Of a stretch of DNA of 20,404 nt, positions 1 to 8,268 are shown in pieces. This DNA is from Candidatus Bipolaricaulia bacterium. Its GTDB lineage: Bacteria > Bipolaricaulota > Bipolaricaulia > JBHIAT01. The position numbers and the translations under genes were made by a program. Numbering within the stretch: position 1 is the first letter of the stretch; each line of letters opens with the position of its first letter. Location of the stretch: positions 1 through 20,404 of the forward strand of contig JBHIAT010000053.1 of NCBI GenBank assembly GCA_046758705.1, read 5' to 3'. The notes beneath the pieces are model-generated. The model had not been told where the DNA came from. It saw only the letters and a list, made by a program, of their open reading frames with translations, and did no database searches.

Positions 1-931
1 TGGTGGACGCCAGGATGATGACCCCCTTGTTCGTCTCGAAGCCGTCCATCTCGGCAAGCATCTGGTTGAGGGTCTGTTCCCGCTCGTCGTGACCGCCACC
101 GATGCCGGTGCCGCGCTTGCCGCCCACGGCGTCGATCTCGTCGATGTAGATGATCGCCGGGGTGTTCTGCTTGCCTTTGTTGAACAGGTCGCGCACCCGG
201 GAGGCACCCACCCCGACGAACATCTCGACGAAGTCGGAGCCGCTGATCGAGAAGAACGGCACATCGGCCTCGCCGGCGATCGCCTTGGCGAGCAGGGTCT
301 TGCCGGTGCCGGGCAGGCCGACGAGCAACACGCCCTTGGGAATCTCAGCACCTAATCGGACAAACTTTTTGGGATGGCGGAGGAACTCGATGATCTCCTT
401 GACCTCCTCTTTGACATCGTCGATGCCGGCGACATCGTCGAAGGTGATCTTGGAGAACTCCTTATCGACCAATCTGGCCCGGCTCTGCCCGAGGGAGAAC
501 AGAGCGTTCTGTTGACTCTGAGCCCGTCGCATCATGTAGATCCAGGCGCCGACCAGTAGGACGACCGGGAGAAGATAGATGAACATGGAGAGCAACCAGC
601 CGCCGTCGGCGGGTTCTACTGCCCTGACCTCCACCCCGTTGTCCAGGAGCCGTTGGATCAGGTCAGCATCGGGGTTGGGAGAGGGAGTCCGGGTGGTGAA
701 CGCGCCTCCGTCGGTCAGGGCACCGCTGATCTGCGTTCCATTCATGGTGACCCGTTCCACCCGGTCATCCCTCACCCACGCGATGAACTCGGAATAGTCG
801 ATCTCTGGAGGTTGGCCCGGAGCGCCGTTGAGCCGAGTCAGCCCCGCATGTAGCAACAGGAGCCCGATGATGATCAAGATCCAGCTCACTCTCCGGTTCC
901 TGTGGTCATTGTGGTTCAACGCCGAATCCAT
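1..931 (-). CDS. ftsH: ATP-dependent zinc metalloprotease FtsH (5' part; runs off the left edge)
   Basis: Not in the ORF track; translated by hand from ATG at 931. Two TM helices ([40 protein letters not shown]), then [33 protein letters not shown] (Walker A), [21 protein letters not shown] (pore loop), [11 protein letters not shown] (Walker B) and [21 protein letters not shown]. The start could instead be TTG at 919. Confidence 0.97.
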   Translation of the reverse strand, partial: MDSALNHNDHRNRRVSWILIIIGLLLLHAGLTRLNGAPGQPPEIDYSEFIAWVRDDRVERVTMNGTQISGALTDGGAFTTRTPSPNPDADLIQRLLDNGVEVRAVEPADGGWLLSMFIYLLPVVLLVGAWIYMMRRAQSQQNALFSLGQSRARLVDKEFSKITFDDVAGIDDVKEEVKEIIEFLRHPKKFVRLGAEIPKGVLLVGLPGTGKTLLAKAIAGEADVPFFSISGSDFVEMFVGVGASRVRDLFNKGKQNTPAIIYIDEIDAVGGKRGTGIGGGHDEREQTLNQMLAEMDGFETNKGVIILAST

Positions 932-939
932 CCTCCCGT

Positions 940-1155
940 TTAGATCGTCTGAGTGCGAGTAGGCGCACTTGAGCCCTGGATCGCCGTTCCGCAGTGGGGG
1001 CAGAATACGAAACTCTCATTGACGACACTCCCACAGTTGGTGCACGTTATCGTAGCCCCTCGCTTTTCATGTTTCTCCTCATGGCCATGCTGGCCATGCC
1101 GGTGTCTATGCCCGTGCTCAGAGTCATGTCCATGACATCCGCCGCAACAACTCAT
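940..1155 (-). CDS. Small His/Cys-rich protein with C-terminal zinc ribbon (putative metal-binding/storage protein)
   Basis: 71 aa: CCGGC, 9 His in residues 8-29, then CTNC...CPHC. AAGGAGG RBS at 1161-1167; closely packed between the YHS gene and ftsH. Confidence 0.8.
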   Translation of the reverse strand: MSCCGGCHGHDSEHGHRHRHGQHGHEEKHEKRGATITCTNCGSVVNESFVFCPHCGTAIQGSSAPTRTQTI

Positions 1156-1169
1156 ATTGACCTCCTTAT

Positions 1170-1358
1170 TTAGTGGTGATGGGGATGCGACTTCCCCTCA
1201 GCCTCTTTCCCGATGTACTTCTCGGGGTCCTGTTCGAACTGTCGCTTGCAACCCGGTGCGCAGAAGTAGTACGTCTTCCCCTGGTATTCGTAGGTTGCAG
1301 CGACCTCATCCATCTTGATCTCCATGCCGCAGACGAGATCCTTCACCTTTTCGGCCAT
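1170..1358 (-). CDS. YHS-domain protein
   Basis: KDLVCGMEI...YEYQGKTYYFCAPGCKRQFEQDPEKY is the YHS signature; C-terminal HPHHH. Start moved to ATG 1358 because the ORF-track GTG at 1367 lies inside the AGGAGGTG RBS. Confidence 0.93.
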   Translation of the reverse strand: MAEKVKDLVCGMEIKMDEVAATYEYQGKTYYFCAPGCKRQFEQDPEKYIGKEAEGKSHPHHH

Positions 1359-1386
1359 CTGATTCACCTCCTTTCCGGGACCTCAT

Positions 1387-2019
1387 TTACAACACGCCGA
1401 CCGGTTCCTCAAAATCGCCGTCGGCCATGATCTCACCGTTCCCGTTGATCCGGATGGGCAGTTGGGGCAGGGGCCGGGGGGGCGGTCCGCTGATTACCGC
1501 CGCGCCCTGCTCCGGATCATAGAAACCCGCATGGCACGGACAATGGATAATCAACTCCCTGCCAAACCCCGTTTCCAGCTCTTCAAAGACGGTGCAGGCA
1601 AGGTGTGTGCACAGGGCGCTATAACCGACGAATCCCTCCGCCGTCCACTCCAGCCGAGTGGGCGGCTCGAATGCATCGGGGTCGAACCGGGCCAGGAGGA
1701 TAATTGTATCCTCAACCTGCTCCTTTCCCTGTGGGAAGGCCAGCACAGCTTCGCCGGGGGCCAGGCTCTCCCGGGTGATGACCGCTCCCCGGTTCGCTCC
1801 TTGGGCAAAGACCAACCGATCCCCGGGCGAGACGGGCGCTCCGACCTCCCCGCCCCCCACGGAGGGTTTGAGGAACCGGAGAATCGACAGGACCGAAGCG
1901 ACCAGGCTTCCGGCCCCCAATCCCATCAACCACTGCACCAGCCGCCGACGGCTGATCCTCACGCTCCAACGACCCCGATCCTCCAGCGCCGTCTTCCCCG
2001 ACCCCGACTCCAAGTCCAT
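1387..2019 (-). CDS. Rieske [2Fe-2S] protein, QcrA/PetC-like
   Basis: Box 1 CTHLAC, box 2 CPCHAGFYD, then GPPPRPLPQL. N-terminal SRRRLV twin-arginine-like motif followed by a TM anchor. Start is ATG 2019 or GTG 2028. Confidence 0.92.
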   Translation of the reverse strand: MDLESGSGKTALEDRGRWSVRISRRRLVQWLMGLGAGSLVASVLSILRFLKPSVGGGEVGAPVSPGDRLVFAQGANRGAVITRESLAPGEAVLAFPQGKEQVEDTIILLARFDPDAFEPPTRLEWTAEGFVGYSALCTHLACTVFEELETGFGRELIIHCPCHAGFYDPEQGAAVISGPPPRPLPQLPIRINGNGEIMADGDFEEPVGVL

Positions 2020-2089
2020 TTGAATCACCCCTCTCCTTTTCTGACCTGAAACTATTCATTCTCTCTTGTGATGTTCCTTGCTTTTCAGA

Positions 2090-4597
2090 TCACGATGCGG
2101 CCATCGGAGCTTTGAACCGCCGCAACCGCGTGGCATTGGATACTACCGAGACGGAGCTCGTCGCCATCGCTGCCGCGGCGAGGATCGGGTTCAGCAGCCA
2201 TCCAAACGCGGGGAACAGGATACCGGCGGCCACCGGGATGAGCGCCGTGTTGTACCCATAGGCCCAGCCCAGGTTCTGCTTGATATTGCGCATGGTTGCC
2301 TTCGACAGGGCGATCGCGGTGACAACCCCCCGGAGATCTCCCGAAACGAGCGTGATGTCAGAGGCCTCCATGGCTACATCTGTCCCGGTTCCGATGGCGA
2401 TCCCGATGTCGGCCTGAGCCAGTGCTGGGGAATCGTTGATCCCGTCGCCGACCATCCCGACAATGAGCCCTTCCTCCTGGAGGCGTTTCACCTCGTTGGC
2501 TTTGTCCTGTGGTAGAACCTCAGCCAGCACCCGATCGATGCCCACGCTCCTCGCGATCGCCTCGGCCGTCCGGCGGTTGTCTCCGGTGATCATGGCCACC
2601 TGGAGCCCGAGCCGATGAAGCTGGTTCACCGCCTCGACCGAGTTCTGCTTGAGGGTGTCGGCCACTGCGATGATCCCGGCGGCTGTCCTGTCGATCGCCA
2701 CGACCATCGGGGTCTTGCCATCGTCCGCCAGCGCCTCCAGCTTCGCCGTCAGCGAACCGACCGAAACTCTCTGACGCTCCATGTACTTCAGGTTGCCGAT
2801 GTGCACCGTATATCCGTCGACCCGGGCCTGGATGCCGTGGCCGGGAACGGCCTCGAAGCCATCGGGGTTGAGCAGTTCGATGCCGCGTTCCTTCGCTCCG
2901 TTGACGATCGCCTCCCCCAACGGGTGCTCCGAGCCACGCTCGGCGCTGGCGGTCAGCTGTAATACTTGGGCTTCGGTGAAGCCGTTCGTTACAACGACGT
3001 CGGTCAGCTCCGGCTCCCCCTTGGTGAGTGTCCCGGTCTTGTCGAGGATGATCGCGCTGAGTTTGTGGGCCGTTTCCAGCGCCTCGCCGCTGCGGATGAG
3101 AATGCCGTTCTCCGCGCCCTTGCCGGTGCCGACCATGATCGAGGTCGGCGTTGCCAGACCGAGGGCGCACGGACAGGCGATGATCAGCACGGCGACGAAG
3201 TTCAGCAGCGCATAGGTCAGCGCCGGAGCCGGTCCGAAGAAGTACCAGGTGATGAGGGTGATCACCCCAATTCCGATCACTCCGGGAACGAAGTAGGCGG
3301 TGACCTTGTCAACCAACCTCTGGATCGGAGCCTTGGAGCCCTGAGCTTCCTCTACCATCCGGATGATGTTTGCCAGCATCGTCTCCTTGCCGACCTTGGT
3401 GGCCTCGAATTTGAAACTGCCGGTCTTGTTGATCGTCGCGCCGATCACCTCGTCACCGTTGCGCTTCTCTACGGGAATCGACTCGCCGGTGATCATGGAC
3501 TCATCGACCGAGGAGTAACCGTCCACGACGATCCCGTCGACCGGGATCTTCCCCCCGGGTCGTACGACGACGAGGTCGCCTACGACCACCTCGTCCGCCG
3601 GAATATCCACTTCCTCCCCGTCCCGGATCACCCGGGCCGTCTTCGCCTGTAGCTTTATTAACTTCTTGATTGCCTGCGACGTCCGGCCTTTGGCGATCGC
3701 CTCCAGGTACCGCCCGATCAGGATCAGGGTGATGATGATCGTTGAGGTGTCGAAGTAGACCTCTTTGGCAATTCCCTGGGCTTCGAAGAAATCGGGAAAC
3801 AGGATCAAGGCAACGCTGTACAGGTAAGCCGCCGAGGTGCCGACGGCGATGAGGGTGTTCATGTCACTGGTCCTGTGCTTCAAAGCCGCCCAGGCCCCCC
3901 GGTAGAACTGCCATCCGACCCAGAATTGGACCGGGGTCGTCAGGATCCAGAGGACGACGAAGTTCTGAAGGATATCGGGCACCCAGGGGAAGAGTCGGGG
4001 ATAACTGCCGAAGAAGACCGGAACGCTGATGATCGCCCCGATCGCGATCTTGATCCTGAGCTGTCGCATCATCGCCTGGTGGGCTTGCTCCTGCCGATCG
4101 GCAATCTCCTCCGTCCCGGCTTCCACCACGACCGCCCGGTATCCCACGTCCGTCACTGCGTTCACAAACTCCTTGACTCCGGTCACATCGGGAAGGTACT
4201 CGATCGTCGCCTTCTCCGTGGCCAGGTTGACGGCTACATTGACCACCCCGTCCAGGTCGCGTAACGCCCCCTCGATCGTGGAGACACAGGAAGCGCACGT
4301 CATCCCCTCGATGGGGAAGATGACCTTGTCCACCGCCGTGTGGTATCCCAGATCTTCAACGGTCTCCACCAATCTTTTCGCATCGGTCTGTGTCGGGTCG
4401 AACTGGACGGTGGCCACCTCCGTGGCGAAGTTGACCTGGGCTTCCTGGACGCCGGCCACCTTTCCCAGGCCCTCCTCGATCTTCACCGCACAGCTGGCGC
4501 AACTCATCCCGGTGATCGGGAGATCGATCCGCTTCTTCAGGTTGTGCTTCGACTGTGAGCCTGCAATCCCGTCCTTGAGTTCCCCTGTACTGGCCAT
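2090..4597 (-). CDS. copA: Cu(I)-translocating P1B-1 ATPase
   Basis: Two HMA domains (GMSCASC, GMTCASC), TGES, transmembrane [20 protein letters not shown], and the YN and MxxSS (MATSS) Cu(I) ligands. GGAGG RBS. Confidence 0.97.
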   Translation of the reverse strand: MASTGELKDGIAGSQSKHNLKKRIDLPITGMSCASCAVKIEEGLGKVAGVQEAQVNFATEVATVQFDPTQTDAKRLVETVEDLGYHTAVDKVIFPIEGMTCASCVSTIEGALRDLDGVVNVAVNLATEKATIEYLPDVTGVKEFVNAVTDVGYRAVVVEAGTEEIADRQEQAHQAMMRQLRIKIAIGAIISVPVFFGSYPRLFPWVPDILQNFVVLWILTTPVQFWVGWQFYRGAWAALKHRTSDMNTLIAVGTSAAYLYSVALILFPDFFEAQGIAKEVYFDTSTIIITLILIGRYLEAIAKGRTSQAIKKLIKLQAKTARVIRDGEEVDIPADEVVVGDLVVVRPGGKIPVDGIVVDGYSSVDESMITGESIPVEKRNGDEVIGATINKTGSFKFEATKVGKETMLANIIRMVEEAQGSKAPIQRLVDKVTAYFVPGVIGIGVITLITWYFFGPAPALTYALLNFVAVLIIACPCALGLATPTSIMVGTGKGAENGILIRSGEALETAHKLSAIILDKTGTLTKGEPELTDVVVTNGFTEAQVLQLTASAERGSEHPLGEAIVNGAKERGIELLNPDGFEAVPGHGIQARVDGYTVHIGNLKYMERQRVSVGSLTAKLEALADDGKTPMVVAIDRTAAGIIAVADTLKQNSVEAVNQLHRLGLQVAMITGDNRRTAEAIARSVGIDRVLAEVLPQDKANEVKRLQEEGLIVGMVGDGINDSPALAQADIGIAIGTGTDVAMEASDITLVSGDLRGVVTAIALSKATMRNIKQNLGWAYGYNTALIPVAAGILFPAFGWLLNPILAAAAMATSSVSVVSNATRLRRFKAPMAAS

Positions 4598-4623
4598 GTC
4601 AACCTCCTAGATACGTGAAGTGA

Positions 4624-4914
4624 TCAACGCCGCCTGAACGCTTTCAGCAGGGCACGAATCGGGTCTGCATCCTCGTAGCGCTTCCCCCAGATGCGATATC
4701 CGGCCCGCTCGATCGCCGCCTCGATCGCCTGGCGGCTGGGCTTATCGGGCTCGCATCGCACTGTCACCCGGTCGGTGGCCTTGTCGTAGCCCATCCCAAC
4801 GAAACCATCGAGCTGCTTCAGCTGTTTGACCATCCGCTCCGGATAGCAGCAGCCGATGAACTTGAGTCGGAACGTCTCGGTTCTGGTGCCTGTATCCTGC
4901 TTCAGTTCTGCCAT
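4624..4914 (-). CDS. HMA-like (CopZ-like) small protein with atypical metal loop
   Basis: From ATG 4914 (RBS AGGAGGAGG): TETFRLKFIGCCYPERMVKQLKQLDGF...VTVRCEP...IEAAIERAGY matches the HMA secondary-structure pattern and the AGY terminus. Directly upstream of copA. Confidence 0.72.
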   Translation of the reverse strand: MAELKQDTGTRTETFRLKFIGCCYPERMVKQLKQLDGFVGMGYDKATDRVTVRCEPDKPSRQAIEAAIERAGYRIWGKRYEDADPIRALLKAFRRR

Positions 4915-4941
4915 TGTTGGAGTCCTCCTCCTTGCCTTTGT

Positions 4942-4967
4942 TATCCCACCCCACCTGGGGTGGGGTA
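4942..4967. promoter_or_regulatory. CsoR/RcnR-like operator palindrome, copy 1
   Basis: TAT-CCCACCCCA-CC-TGGGGTGGG-GTA: perfect 9-bp inverted repeat just downstream of the -10 box of the HMA-copA unit. Confidence 0.8.
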
Positions 4968-4974
4968 CACCCAT

Positions 4975-5003
4975 ACTATATCACACGATCGACCGTTTGT
5001 CAA
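4975..5003 (-). promoter_or_regulatory. Sigma70-type promoter of the HMA-copA-Rieske-YHS-ftsH unit
   Basis: Minus strand TTGACA (5003-4998), 17-nt spacer, TATAGT (4980-4975), with a TGn extended -10. Confidence 0.85.
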
Positions 5004-5089
5004 GGGAGCCCATCCTATCCTGAGTACACCCTGTCTCATCCCTCTCCATTGCAGAGGATTTCGGCGTCGAGGTCGGGCCAATGTCACCT

Positions 5090-6304
5090 CTATCTCTTGA
5101 GAAGTTTGCGCAGCGTCAGGCTCGGCCCGCCAATCCCCCAAAGATAGAAGTAGGCGATCAGGTTCTTCAGCGTTCGCGCCGTCCAGCCGGAGAAGTGCAA
5201 TCGGAGGCGTCCCAGATGCAACACCCCCAAAGCGTCCTTGCGTCCCAAACTCAAGAACGTGCCGAGTCGCTTGGGCTGGAAGGGTTGAGGGGCGCGACCT
5301 GCCAGCTTGCAGGACAGGTTTCTCGCGGCCCAATACCCTTGCTGAAATGCAATCTGGGCGGTGGGTGGCAAGGGGTGCCCCTGGTTGTCAACCGCCAGCG
5401 AGCTGTCTCCAAGGATGTAAACGTCGGAGTGGTCGCGAGCCTGTAAGAACTCGTCGACGTACGCCCGACCCTGACGGTCAACCGCAAACCCACTTTGCTC
5501 GACCAGACGGTGGCCGCGCACGCCGCCGGCCCAGATGATCACCCCGGCCTCCAGGCACCGCCCGTCCTTCAACGCCACACAGTGGGGCTCCACACGGGCG
5601 ATGGGAACCCCTGTGACCAGCTCCACCCTTTTATGCATCAGGGTATTTGTCGCCTGCTTGATCAGCAGGGGATCGAAACCGGGAAGGATCGTTTCCGATC
5701 CTTCCACCATCGTGATGTGGATCTCCTCGGGATCCAGGTCGAAGGTCTTGGCCAGATACGGCCGCCAATCGGCCATCTCACTGGCTCGCTCGACCCCGGT
5801 GAACCCGCCTCCCCCGATGAGAATGCGGGGGCGCCAGCGCGCAGCAGGATTTTTGTCATAGGCGACCATGGCCAGCTCGATTTGACTGTGGATCAGGTGG
5901 GCGCTGCTCAGATCGTGTAGCACGAGCGCATGCTCCTCCAGACCCTGGATCTGGTAATACTGCGGCTCCCAGCCCAGCGCGACGATCAGGGCGTCGTAAC
6001 GGAGGGTCTTTATCTCGCCGCGCGTCTGCACCTCAACCTGACGACCTCGGAGGTCGATGGCTTGGACGGTGCCGCGCATGACGTCGATCTCGGGGTTGAG
6101 CAGTCTGGGCAGGTAGACGGAGACCTCTTCATAGGGCGTGTGCCAGACGGCCGGATGGTGCAAGATCGTCGTCAGGTAATGGTAGTGGTGATCGTTCACC
6201 AAAGTGACCTGAGCTGTGCCCGAGGCGGCCAGCCGGCGCAGGCGGACGGCGGCGGTCACCCCGGCATAGCCTCCGCCAAGGATGAGGATTCGGGTCTTGC
6301 TCAC
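5090..6304 (-). CDS. ndh: Type II NADH:quinone oxidoreductase-like FAD protein
   Basis: GGGYAG (FAD), GGGFTGVE (NADH), acidic residue in ITMVE, VIIWAGG, YILGDSS, the AQxAxQ quinone motif (PPTAQIAFQQG) and a C-terminal membrane-anchor region. Confidence 0.88.
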   Translation of the reverse strand: MSKTRILILGGGYAGVTAAVRLRRLAASGTAQVTLVNDHHYHYLTTILHHPAVWHTPYEEVSVYLPRLLNPEIDVMRGTVQAIDLRGRQVEVQTRGEIKTLRYDALIVALGWEPQYYQIQGLEEHALVLHDLSSAHLIHSQIELAMVAYDKNPAARWRPRILIGGGGFTGVERASEMADWRPYLAKTFDLDPEEIHITMVEGSETILPGFDPLLIKQATNTLMHKRVELVTGVPIARVEPHCVALKDGRCLEAGVIIWAGGVRGHRLVEQSGFAVDRQGRAYVDEFLQARDHSDVYILGDSSLAVDNQGHPLPPTAQIAFQQGYWAARNLSCKLAGRAPQPFQPKRLGTFLSLGRKDALGVLHLGRLRLHFSGWTARTLKNLIAYFYLWGIGGPSLTLRKLLKR

Positions 6305-6310
6305 CCTGAT

Positions 6311-6838
6311 TCACCCCTGTTTCGCTCTGCTGCGCTCAGGACGGAGGAGCCAGCTGCCCACCAGCAGGCTCAACCCGAGCACGAGACCGATGACGGTCCA
6401 ATCCTGTGACGATTTCGGCTGGTCGAGCTCCATGAACGCCGCGGTGGGTTCTCGGGGTTCCTGAGTTGCGGGGCTGGCACTCGCGGCGATCGCGAGCTCG
6501 AAGGTGGCGCTCACGCCGTTGGCGCCGATGGCCTTGAGCAAGTAGGTGCCGGGCGGTATATCGGGCGGGATCGCCACGTTCGTTTTAAACCCGCCGTCCT
6601 CGTCCCCCTGGACTTGGCCCAGGCGGAACTTGCCCTTGAGGCCCTCTAAGAAGAGCGCGATCGGACCGTTCGGGTTGATATCGCCCCCCTCTACAAAGAT
6701 CGTCTCTGCCGGAGCGACCGTCTGCGGATAGCTGTTCACCTCCGCACCTTCGTGAGCCCAGCCCACCGGCCCAAAGACCAAAAGGGCGAGCAAGACGATC
6801 AGCGCCCGGCGTCTGTATAATCCTACTTTGCGTCTTAT
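6311..6838 (-). CDS. Exported, C-terminally anchored Ig-like protein with predicted mature N-terminal His
   Basis: Signal peptide ending GWA-HEG, beta-rich domain (GGFKTNVAIPPDIPPGTYLLKAIG), Pro/Ala linker, C-terminal TM and basic tail. The full signal peptide needs an ATA start at 6838; the ORF track uses TTG 6793. Confidence 0.75.
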   Translation of the reverse strand: MRRKVGLYRRRALIVLLALLVFGPVGWAHEGAEVNSYPQTVAPAETIFVEGGDINPNGPIALFLEGLKGKFRLGQVQGDEDGGFKTNVAIPPDIPPGTYLLKAIGANGVSATFELAIAASASPATQEPREPTAAFMELDQPKSSQDWTVIGLVLGLSLLVGSWLLRPERSRAKQG

Positions 6839-7050
6839 CTTTTCTCCCTTCTTGGGTGTCGTCGATCAGTGAGATACAGAATCCGCGCCGTTGCCAGCAG
6901 ACCCACGGCCAGCGCTGCTAATCCTAGGGACACCAGAAGCCAGGCGAAAGGATCGCCGCCTCCGGAAACCAGGATTTTCCCTCCCGTGTACACCCCGATC
7001 ATGCCGAGCGTCGCCAACAGGAGATAGCCGAGAAAGCGCTTGACGATCAT
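6835..7050 (-). CDS. Small two-TM membrane protein, unknown function
   Basis: 71 aa with two hydrophobic helices. Its ATG abuts the cytochrome b stop codon; GGAGGAGG RBS. Confidence 0.75.
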   Translation of the reverse strand: MIVKRFLGYLLLATLGMIGVYTGGKILVSGGGDPFAWLLVSLGLAALAVGLLATARILYLTDRRHPRREKR

Positions 7051-8172
7051 TCAGGCACCTCCTCCCATCTCGATGTGGCTCACCGGCGGCGTGAGCGCCA
7101 CGTACAGGGTCAAGCCAATCAACAGGAACAGCAGGATGACGCCGACGATGAGCGTCACCGGCCGCCGTCGCGGTGCCAGATAGGGACTGCGATCGAGGAA
7201 GGGAACGAGCGCAAGCAGAACGAAGAGCGCGACCGGGATCCAGAGCAGCGCGGCGGTTCCGATCCAGTCTTCAAACGCATAGAGCCACAGGAACATCCAC
7301 GGCGGTTTGGTGACCTCCGCGCCCGGCACCGGCGCAAACCCCAGCGGCGCGGGCCAGATCAGCGCCAACCCACCGGCCAGCGCGAGCAGCCACAGGCCAT
7401 AGCCGCTCATACGCCTGAGGTGCGCGGAGAAGCGACCTGCCCCCTCCTTGCCCCGGGTGCCGGCCCGCGCCTCGGCCGTCGGGCGCGGCGAGATGCCCTG
7501 ATACTTGACTAGCATGAGGTGGACTGCAATCAGGATCAACAGGAGCGCCGGAAGCACGGCGATGTGAACGGCGTAGAGGCGGACGAGCATCGGCACACTC
7601 AGCGTGAAGCTCTGAGAGAACCAGGCCCCCAGTCCGCCCAACAGCTGTGAGAAGGCCATGTTGTGGAGCATCGCCTCGTAGGCCTCCTGATCCCACTTGA
7701 GGATCGTGCCGGTGAAGATGGAGCCGACGATGATGGCGAGCAGCCCCACGCCGGACAGCCAGTTGACCTCCCGGGGCCGCTTGTACGCGCCGGTGAAGAA
7801 GACCCGGATCAGGTGTAGGAGCACGGTGACCGTCACCAAGCTCGCCGTCCAGTAGTGAATACCCCGGATGAAGTTGCCCAGGGACGCCTGTTGCACGATG
7901 TAGACGACGCTGTCGTGCGCTTGGCCCGGGTCGGGGTTGTAGTACTGGGTGAGGTAGATACCGGTGGCGATCAAGATCACGAAGCCGAAGAGCGTGATGC
8001 CACCCAGCATATAGGGCAACGTATTGGCATGCTCGGGAACCGGATAGCTTAACGCGCTCAGCCCTAATCGCTCATCCAACACCTCCCAAAAACGTTGCTT
8101 CCAACCTGTTGTTTGCGTCGAAGTTTTTGTTGTTGATTCTTTTGTTGCTGATTCTACTTTCTGATTTGTCAT
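7051..8172 (-). CDS. Cytochrome b subunit of a Rieske/cyt b complex (fused b6-like and subunit IV-like domains)
   Basis: LGGITL, heme His pairs GIHYW...LLHLIRVFFTGAYKRPREVNWLSG and AVHIAVLP...AVHL, FTGTILKWDQ, KPPWMFLWLY (PEWY position) and LVPFLDRS. Confidence 0.93.
   Translation of the reverse strand: MTNQKVESATKESTTKTSTQTTGWKQRFWEVLDERLGLSALSYPVPEHANTLPYMLGGITLFGFVILIATGIYLTQYYNPDPGQAHDSVVYIVQQASLGNFIRGIHYWTASLVTVTVLLHLIRVFFTGAYKRPREVNWLSGVGLLAIIVGSIFTGTILKWDQEAYEAMLHNMAFSQLLGGLGAWFSQSFTLSVPMLVRLYAVHIAVLPALLLILIAVHLMLVKYQGISPRPTAEARAGTRGKEGAGRFSAHLRRMSGYGLWLLALAGGLALIWPAPLGFAPVPGAEVTKPPWMFLWLYAFEDWIGTAALLWIPVALFVLLALVPFLDRSPYLAPRRRPVTLIVGVILLFLLIGLTLYVALTPPVSHIEMGGGA
8125..8154. repeat. 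15-bp tandem duplication in the cytochrome b N-terminal extension
   Basis: TTTTGTTGTTGATTC / TTTTGTTGCTGATTC, 1 mismatch; encodes ESATK-ESTTK. Confidence 0.7.
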
Positions 8173-8201
8173 CTTACACTCCTTAGATTCTGTCAGAGGG
8201 G

Positions 8202-8243
8202 GGACCGTCGGCCCCCTTCCAACTGCGGCAGGGCCGACGGTCC
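8202..8243. other. Intergenic stem-loop between the DOMON and cytochrome b genes
   Basis: GGACCGTCGGCCC (8202-8214) and GGGCCGACGGTCC (8231-8243) form a perfect 13-bp stem with a 16-nt loop. No U-tract follows on the coding strand. Confidence 0.7.
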
Positions 8244-8268
8244 TCCATCCGGGCCCACGCGACTTCTC

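Noticed and set aside
4915-5333. ORF 4941-5333 and the upstream extension of the HMA ORF to 4974
   Set aside because: They run through the promoter/operator or overlap ndh; the RBS supports ATG 4914.
8202-8243. Hairpin as a classical intrinsic terminator or riboswitch
   Set aside because: No U-tract on the coding strand and no recognisable aptamer; kept only as a stem-loop.
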